A stretch of 32,000 nucleotides of DNA from Methanothermus fervidus DSM 2088 (GTDB lineage: Archaea > Methanobacteriota > Methanobacteria > DSM-2088 > Methanothermaceae): contig CP002278.1 in the NCBI GenBank assembly GCA_000166095.1, positions 780,001 through 812,000 on the forward strand, written 5' to 3'. The notes beneath the pieces were generated by a model that was given only the letters and a program-made list of their open reading frames with translations, did no database searches and was not told the DNA's origin. Of this stretch, positions 25,820 to 32,000 are shown in pieces. Each line of letters starts with the position of its first letter. The stretch's first letter is position 1. Position numbers and translations under genes: made by a program.

Positions 25820-28800
25820 ATGTTATCAAAAATAATAAAATCATGGGGGCTCATGATATTTGTTGTATTGTTTTGCTTATTTATCATCGAAACATCGTTT
25901 GCAATGCCTGTAAAATTGGATAACACAACAAAGCCAAAAATAATCATAATAAGCTCAAGCCCCAATGAAGTTGCAATTATAAATAAAGTGGCAAATGATA
26001 GTAATGTTAAGAATATTGTAAATGTAACTGCAAAACTTGGCACTACTTATGCTAATTTATCATTTGATTTGGATGGTGATTTAATAATTTTTGGAACACG
26101 AAGTGGTTTATCAGCGCCAGTATGGGAAACACTCAAACCAAAATTAGAAAAAGCAAAAAAAGAAGGCTCAACTATCATGATATGTGTTGAACCATCTACA
26201 AGAAACAACTATGCCCCAATTTTGGGTTTTCAAACAGTGAGTACGTCTGACCCTCGTTTCAATAAAACACTTGCATACTTAGAATATACTTGTGAGAAAA
26301 ATATAAAAAATTTGATCCTTTATTTAGCAGCTTCATTTTTTAACTGTACTGTGTCCTTTGAGCCACCAGAACAACGTCCGTTGTGGGGGATATATCATCC
26401 AGATGCACCTAAAGTATTTAGTAATCTAACAGAATATTTGGAGTGGTATATCAAAACTGGTAAATATCATTCAGATTCTCCAACAGTTGGGATAATAACC
26501 ACAGAGTATAGTGATATGGCACGAGATCGTCCACTTTTAGACAAACTTGTAAAAACCTTTGAATTAAAAAATTGCAATGTAATAGTTTCTACTTATACAT
26601 ATAGAGATCCAAATTCACTTAATTATCTTATGATAAACGGTACGCCAGCTATTGATGCTGCCATAGTAATTTCGAGGGGATCTACACTTAATTCGCAAAA
26701 TTGGACGAAAGGAATTGAAGATCTTCAAAAACTTAATGTTACAGTTCTCAATGGTATTAGGATATTCTCAACCAACGTAACTCTTGACACTTGGGAAAAT
26801 AGCATAGAAGGCGTGCCATCGGCAGAACTTTATCAGCTGGCATTTGCAGAAATGGATGGAATAATTGAACCAATAGTTATAAGTGTTAAAGCTCTTGACC
26901 CTGAAACTGGCGTTATATACAATAAACCTATTGATCATCAAGTAGAATGGCTAGTAAATAGGACTATTTCATGGATGAAACTCAAAAGACTTAACAACTG
27001 GAACAAAAAAATAGTGATAACATACTATAGTGAAGATGGTGGTAAAGCCAATATAGGAGCAGACATCGACTATTATCTTAATGCTCCAGAAAGTATAGCA
27101 ACTATACTTAAAGCTTTGAAAGAAAGAGGTTATAATTTAGGTAATAAAACATTGCCCTCAGGATCAGAGCTTGCAAAACTCATGGCAGAAATAGGAAGTA
27201 ATATAGGAACATGGGCACCTGGAGAACTCCAAAAAAGAATAAAATTAGGTCAAGTAATACTTATACCTGAAGATGAATATCTTAAATGGTTTAATGAATT
27301 ACCTCCTGAAAAACAAAAAGAAGTTATAGATGTTTGGGGTCCACCACCAGGAAAAATAATGGTATACACAAATGGTACTAAGAAATATATTGTTATACCT
27401 AAATTAGAGTTTGGAAATGTTCTTCTCCTACCTGAACCTGTATGGGGATGGTTACAGAACAAAACTACACTTTACAATGTGGGAAAACTTCCTCCAACTC
27501 ATAACCTACTTGCATTTTATTGGTGGATTAAAAAAGTTTTTGGTGCAAATGCAATCCTATCAATATTTAGTTTAGTTGAACTGATGCCTGGAAAGCAGAA
27601 TGGACTTTCAAGTAAAGATTGGGGAGCTATAATGCTCCAAGATATGCCCATAATCCATGTATTACCTACAGATGCTCCCGCAATTTTTGATAAACGAAGA
27701 GCTAACATGCTTATTATAAATTTCATGCCGCCGGTTCTTTGTTCTTCAGAACTTTATGGAAATTTTTCGGAATTATATGAAAATATTAAACTTTATAAAG
27801 AATGTGCTGATGATATGCTAAAAAATGCTTATAAAAATAAAATTATTTACTTAGCTAAAAAAATTGGTTTTAATTACAAAAATGATAATTTTGATGAATT
27901 TGTTGCAAATATTACAGCATATCTTGAAGATATCAAAAATAGTTACATACCTAAGGGGTCCCACATATTAGGGAAAGCACCAGAAGGTGATGAACTTTTA
28001 CAGTTACTTATTGCTATGCTTCCAGAAATTCGAGACCAGAATACTACATTAATAAAACTTTTACTAAAAGAGTGTATAATTAATAATTTAACACCTGAAG
28101 AAGCTCAAATGAAAATAATTGGAAAATTGAATGTTAATTTAACAAATTTACTTCAACTTGCACTTGATTATGCTCAAAGAATCCGCAATGTTAGTAATGA
28201 AATAACTGCTATACTTGCTGCACTCGAGGGAAGATACATAATCCCTGGTCCAAGAGGCGATCCTATACGCAATCCTGAAGTTCTCCCAACCGGTAGAAAT
28301 TCTTATCCATTTGATCCAAGAACCATACCCACAAAAGTTGCATGGGAAACAGCGGTTAAACTTGTGGATACATTCCTTAAGAAATATGTTAATGAACACG
28401 GAACATATCCTACTAAAGTTGCATATGTACTTTGGGCTTGCGAAACAATGAGACATCAAGGAATTATGGAAGCAGAGATACTTTATTTAATGGGTGTTAA
28501 ACCTATATGGGATTCCAGAGGTAGAATTAAAGGCATTGAACTTATAGAAAATCTTACAAGGCCACGCATAGACGTTTGTATTATTACATCAGGACTTTAT
28601 AGAGACTTACATAGAGACATGATAAACCTTCTTGATAAGGCTGTTAAAATTGCCGCAAATGCTAATGATACTATTAACTACATTAAACTTAATTCTGAAA
28701 AAATATATACGAAATTAAGAAGTGAAGGTTACAATGAATCTTATGCAAGGGAATTATCGCTCATTAGAATATTTTCTGAAGAACCTGGTGCATATTCACC

Positions 28801-29989
28801 TGGACTTCAAGAAATTATACCGGCTGCCAATATGTGGAATGAGCGAGAAGAGTTAGCTAACTTTTATATCGAAAGACTTTCATCATCTTATGGTGAAAAT
28901 GTGACAGGATTAAAAAATTCATTAGTTTTTAGAGAAAATCTTCGGGATGTAACAGTGGCTATGTTTAGTAGATCTTCAAATGTTTACGGTGTTCTTGATC
29001 ATCCTATGGTTGCAGCATATTTTGGAGGTCTCAGTCTTGCAATTGAAAAGGTTCGGGGAACAAAACCTGAAATGTACATAAATAATCTTAGGGTTGAAAA
29101 AAATGCAAAAATTGAAACACTAGAGCAATTCATTAAAAGAGATCTTATATCAAGATACTTCAATCCTAAATGGCTTATAGGCATGATAAGTAGTGGATAT
29201 GATGGTGCAAGATATATGGATTCATTTGTAGAAAACCTTTGGATATGGCAAGTTACAAATCCAGAATTCGTGTCAAAATCTACTTGGGACACAGTAGTAG
29301 ATGTTTACGTCAAAGACATCTACAACCTAGGCCTTAAACAATTCTTCAACACCCATAACCCCTGGGCAAGACAATCATTAATAGCTACGGCATTAGTGGC
29401 AGCATACAAAGGATTCTGGAAAGCAGATAGAGAAACTTTAACTTTCCTAGCAAGAGAATACATTGAAAGTGTCAATAAGTATGGAGTTACATGCTGCCAT
29501 CACACATGTGGCTATATCGACCTAAACAACTTCATAGTTAGAATATCAAATATGCCACTTCCATCATTACAAAAATTTGCAGCTGCATTTGCAGAAGCTA
29601 CTGGAGTTAAGTTATCAATCCCTGGAATTCCAACTACACCACAACCTTCAATTCCAGGAGCACCATCACAACTAGGAGCTCCAACTGCATTAGGAAGAGT
29701 AGGAATTGGAACTGCAGCAACAAGGGGAGTTTCACCAGGAATTTCAGGTCCTTCAGGTAGAGTTGGTGGTGAAGTTGGTGCAAGAGGAGCAGCTCAAGCT
29801 GCTGGAGCAGCAGGTAAAGCAGGAATTACAGGTGCTGCAGCAGGTAAAGGAGCAGGAAAAGCATATGAGATTACACCAGTGTCTAAAGGAATTGGAAAGC
29901 CAGGAATTCCATTCGCAGGAATAATCGGAGTTATAATATTGATTGCATTAATAGCAGCAGGATATCTATTGAGGAGGCCTGAGCGATAG
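25820..29989 (+). CDS. CobN/BchH-family (class I chelatase large-subunit homolog) protein with signal peptide, Pro/Gly/Ala-rich stalk and C-terminal membrane anchor
   Basis: Family motifs LEGRYIIPGPRGDPIRNPEVLPTGRNSYPFDPRTIPT, HILGKAP, YVLWACETMRHQG, SRSSNVYGVLDHPMVAAYFGG. N-terminus KSWGLMIFVVLFCLFIIETSFA|MP resembles a signal peptide. About 25 N-x-S/T sequons by my count. C-terminus GKPGIPFAGIIGVIILIALIAAGYLLRRPER. Confidence 0.85.
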   Translation: MLSKIIKSWGLMIFVVLFCLFIIETSFAMPVKLDNTTKPKIIIISSSPNEVAIINKVANDSNVKNIVNVTAKLGTTYANLSFDLDGDLIIFGTRSGLSAPVWETLKPKLEKAKKEGSTIMICVEPSTRNNYAPILGFQTVSTSDPRFNKTLAYLEYTCEKNIKNLILYLAASFFNCTVSFEPPEQRPLWGIYHPDAPKVFSNLTEYLEWYIKTGKYHSDSPTVGIITTEYSDMARDRPLLDKLVKTFELKNCNVIVSTYTYRDPNSLNYLMINGTPAIDAAIVISRGSTLNSQNWTKGIEDLQKLNVTVLNGIRIFSTNVTLDTWENSIEGVPSAELYQLAFAEMDGIIEPIVISVKALDPETGVIYNKPIDHQVEWLVNRTISWMKLKRLNNWNKKIVITYYSEDGGKANIGADIDYYLNAPESIATILKALKERGYNLGNKTLPSGSELAKLMAEIGSNIGTWAPGELQKRIKLGQVILIPEDEYLKWFNELPPEKQKEVIDVWGPPPGKIMVYTNGTKKYIVIPKLEFGNVLLLPEPVWGWLQNKTTLYNVGKLPPTHNLLAFYWWIKKVFGANAILSIFSLVELMPGKQNGLSSKDWGAIMLQDMPIIHVLPTDAPAIFDKRRANMLIINFMPPVLCSSELYGNFSELYENIKLYKECADDMLKNAYKNKIIYLAKKIGFNYKNDNFDEFVANITAYLEDIKNSYIPKGSHILGKAPEGDELLQLLIAMLPEIRDQNTTLIKLLLKECIINNLTPEEAQMKIIGKLNVNLTNLLQLALDYAQRIRNVSNEITAILAALEGRYIIPGPRGDPIRNPEVLPTGRNSYPFDPRTIPTKVAWETAVKLVDTFLKKYVNEHGTYPTKVAYVLWACETMRHQGIMEAEILYLMGVKPIWDSRGRIKGIELIENLTRPRIDVCIITSGLYRDLHRDMINLLDKAVKIAANANDTINYIKLNSEKIYTKLRSEGYNESYARELSLIRIFSEEPGAYSPGLQEIIPAANMWNEREELANFYIERLSSSYGENVTGLKNSLVFRENLRDVTVAMFSRSSNVYGVLDHPMVAAYFGGLSLAIEKVRGTKPEMYINNLRVEKNAKIETLEQFIKRDLISRYFNPKWLIGMISSGYDGARYMDSFVENLWIWQVTNPEFVSKSTWDTVVDVYVKDIYNLGLKQFFNTHNPWARQSLIATALVAAYKGFWKADRETLTFLAREYIESVNKYGVTCCHHTCGYIDLNNFIVRISNMPLPSLQKFAAAFAEATGVKLSIPGIPTTPQPSIPGAPSQLGAPTALGRVGIGTAATRGVSPGISGPSGRVGGEVGARGAAQAAGAAGKAGITGAAAGKGAGKAYEITPVSKGIGKPGIPFAGIIGVIILIALIAAGYLLRRPER
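29615..29900 (+). repeat. Low-complexity, locally GC-rich Pro/Gly/Ala-coding region (stalk of the CobN-like protein)
   Basis: Encodes SIPGIPTTPQPSIPGAPSQLGAPTALGRVGIGTAATRGVSPGISGPSGRVGGEVGARGAAQAAGAAGKAGITGAAAGKGAGK. Short direct repeats are present (gcagcaggtaaag twice; ccaggaatt/ggaattcca several times). All frames are open here, which generates spurious ORFs. Confidence 0.7.
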
Positions 29990-31039
29990 TCACATAAATT
30001 TAGATCTTGCATCCCATATTTTTTTTAAACTTTTAAAACCACTTTTTTCTTTTTTTTCAAATGAGAAATTTTCTATTATTTTTACAACATTATTCACAGA
30101 TTTTTTAGAACCTTCAATTAAACTTTTAGCTTTGGGTTTTTTAAGATTTGGTAGATATTTAGGTATATCTTGAATTTTAACAATAGGTATGCCGACTTCT
30201 TTAGCTAAATCAACACTTGCATGTTTATAGTGAAATCCAGCGACCTTTATTGATGGAATCTCTAAAACAGCGACTTCAATAGTTACACCCATACCAGCAC
30301 AATAAATAACAGCGTTAGCATTTTTAATATAACTTAGAAGATCTACAAAACCTTCTAAAACTTTAACCTTTGAAGAAGTAATAAGACTTTTTATATAACT
30401 AGTTTTAAATCTAAAAGGAACAATTAAAACTTTTTCATCTAGGGATTCAATTGTTTTTATCAACTTTGGAACATCATGATATTTAATGTCTCCTCCAAGT
30501 ACCAACAAGATAAAATCATCTTCTTCACATGTTTTTATTTCAGATTCAAGAACATATAGGGCGTGTGGATACCCACCAATGTTTCTTACATTTTTTAATA
30601 AATATTCTCTCTCTAAATATTCTTTATAATCTTTTGATGGAGCTGTAATAATATCTGCAAATGCTATCATTTCAATTGGGTTGTAAATATCCTGCTCAAT
30701 ATGTAATACAGGAATATGGAGTATGTTAGCTGAGATAATTCCTTTCCTTACATCCCCAGCATTTCCACATGTTAGCAATAAATCAGGTTTAATTTTTCTT
30801 AAAACTTTGGTAGTTCTAATTATGTCCTTAAATATTAAATAACAAGATTTTAACTTATTTTTTTTATAAGTTATTTTTCTACCTTTTCCAATATAATATA
30901 ATGAAGAACAATATGGTTCCAATATATTTTTAACTTCTTTTCCATGCATTAATCCAATTATCTCATGCTCTTCTAGTCTTTTGATTATTGGAATAAAGGT
31001 TTTTGCTGGTGCTAACTCTGCTATAATACAAATTTTCAT
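29990..31039 (-). CDS. GT-B fold glycosyltransferase-like protein (MurG/GT28- or DUF354-like)
   Basis: Two Rossmann-like halves. N-terminal MKICIIAE...IPIIKRL, then CGNAGDVRKGIISANILHIPVLHIEQD, which resembles the MurG G-loop/HEQN region. Assignment is tentative. Confidence 0.4.
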   Translation of the reverse strand: MKICIIAELAPAKTFIPIIKRLEEHEIIGLMHGKEVKNILEPYCSSLYYIGKGRKITYKKNKLKSCYLIFKDIIRTTKVLRKIKPDLLLTCGNAGDVRKGIISANILHIPVLHIEQDIYNPIEMIAFADIITAPSKDYKEYLEREYLLKNVRNIGGYPHALYVLESEIKTCEEDDFILLVLGGDIKYHDVPKLIKTIESLDEKVLIVPFRFKTSYIKSLITSSKVKVLEGFVDLLSYIKNANAVIYCAGMGVTIEVAVLEIPSIKVAGFHYKHASVDLAKEVGIPIVKIQDIPKYLPNLKKPKAKSLIEGSKKSVNNVVKIIENFSFEKKEKSGFKSLKKIWDARSKFM

Positions 31040-32000
31040 TTTTTACACCTTTTTAAACATTTAAGTGCAAAAACAATTCCAAAGAAATACAATATCCAAA
31101 CAACTAAATCTGTAGGTCCAGTTTCAATCCATGTAAGTGCATGCGACATCATTATTGAATAAAATGCGGTGATCAATCCTTTTTCCTTCAATTGTAAATT
31201 ATGTAAAAATTTAAGTATGAAACCTAAAAGGAACATTTGAATCAACATTCCTCCAATACCAAAATCTAAAAGTGGAGGGCCAATTATTGTGGATGTAGTG
31301 GAATGATGATATCCAAGAACTTTTAAACCTACAATTGCTCTTGGATCAACTGACGTGAAAAATCCTACCAATGTGTAATAAAACAGTAAGCCATGAGTTA
31401 TCCCCTGAAGTTTCGTTGCCTTTTCCACAACTAAAAGTGTGTAACCTGCCCTATACAACAATAATTGTATTGGATTTAAAGTCCAATGTTGCCATTCTAT
31501 AAATTTGACAACTACGTATCCTAAAATTGAAATTATGAAGAATATAATTAGTATGCCTACTAACGAATATTCTACTGGTATTTTCTTTGTATAGTATAGT
31601 GTCATTAAGACGCTCAAAATTATAACAACTACAGGGGTTCTATAACCTGTCAATGAAAATAGAACCACACCCAGAATTAAAAATATAAAGTATTTTTTAT
31701 TGTAAAATTTGGCAAACAAAATATTTATGCTTGGTAAAAACAGCAAATATGAGAAAAACCAAAAAAGATTGACAGCCTTAGATTTTAAGTGACCACTAAA
31801 AAGAGGTATTCCCCCTAAATAATAAAAATTAAAAATCTGTAACACGAATGCTGTATAAATAAAATATTTTAAAAGATTTTTGTTTATTTGTAACTTACAT
31901 TTACAACCATCTCTCACAAATTTTACAGGATAAAAACCTAAGAGATAAAAAGCCATTGCAAATAAAAAATAAATATACACATACACAGATGGCAATTTAA
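31036..32000 (-). CDS. Polytopic membrane protein, Wzy/oligosaccharide-repeat-unit polymerase-like; 5' end may lie beyond the window
   Basis: About 9-10 hydrophobic helices with a larger loop (KATKLQGITHG). ATGA overlap with the downstream GT-B gene. The reading frame is still open at the right window edge; the track start at 31995 is TTG. Confidence 0.4.
   Translation of the reverse strand, partial: KLPSVYVYIYFLFAMAFYLLGFYPVKFVRDGCKCKLQINKNLLKYFIYTAFVLQIFNFYYLGGIPLFSGHLKSKAVNLFWFFSYLLFLPSINILFAKFYNKKYFIFLILGVVLFSLTGYRTPVVVIILSVLMTLYYTKKIPVEYSLVGILIIFFIISILGYVVVKFIEWQHWTLNPIQLLLYRAGYTLLVVEKATKLQGITHGLLFYYTLVGFFTSVDPRAIVGLKVLGYHHSTTSTIIGPPLLDFGIGGMLIQMFLLGFILKFLHNLQLKEKGLITAFYSIMMSHALTWIETGPTDLVVWILYFFGIVFALKCLKRCKK

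Noticed and set aside
29706-30012. Two 72-aa ORFs (29706-29924 +, 29794-30012 -) in the CobN-like 3' region
   Set aside because: They are alternative frames of the low-complexity Pro/Gly/Ala-coding stretch, which is stop-free in several frames. They have no independent start signals, and their Q/E/L- or A/P-rich products are frame artefacts.

Overview
AT-rich (roughly 30% GC by eye) archaeal chromosomal segment from a hydrogenotrophic methanogen. The best fit is Methanobacteriales-like, possibly a thermophile given the K/E/I-rich proteins; that placement is inference. Genes are densely packed with many ATGA/TAATG stop-start overlaps and GGTG/GGAGG ribosome-binding motifs. Layout: (1) 1-4.8 kb is a surface-glycan nucleotide-sugar cluster: partial Wzx flippase, UDP-glucose 6-dehydrogenase, UDP-glucuronate decarboxylase (giving UDP-xylose), a GT-A-like transferase and a WbpP-type epimerase. 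(2) 5.0-9.7 kb holds mtd (F420-dependent methylene-H4MPT dehydrogenase), a radical SAM protein, an M42 peptidase, an archaeoflavoprotein, a TPR protein and a CMD-family protein. (3) 9.7-17.0 kb is the complete archaeal exosome/proteasome/RNase P superoperon: L15e, COG1325, Rpp30, Pop5, PsmA, SBDS, Rrp4, Rrp41, Rrp42, L37Ae, RpoP (43 codons, absent from the ORF track), Brix, Pcc1 and prefoldin beta. (4) 17.3-19.2 kb holds a proteasome-beta-like DUF2121/Connectase candidate coupled to an MBL-fold hydrolase that appears frameshifted in a T-run, then tRNA-Thr(CGU), whose two ends are overlapped by the flanking CDSs. (5) 19.1-22.2 kb holds aroC, a decayed TnpB (IS200/IS605-type) remnant in a 400-nt spacer, cbiF, a small membrane protein and a Cys-cluster hypothetical. 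(6) 22.2-32 kb encodes cell-envelope functions: a signal-peptide plus C-terminal-anchor phospholipase C/P1-nuclease-fold protein, modA-modB without an ATPase gene, a radical SAM gene, a GT-B-like gene and a Wzy-like membrane protein. The most unusual object sits in this last block. It is a 1389-aa CobN/BchH-family protein with a signal peptide, about 25 N-x-S/T sequons, a Pro/Gly/Ala-rich stalk and a sortase-like C-terminal anchor, so a chelatase-type protein predicted to sit outside the cell. No rRNA or CRISPR array was seen. All family assignments rest on reading motifs by eye; no database search was possible.
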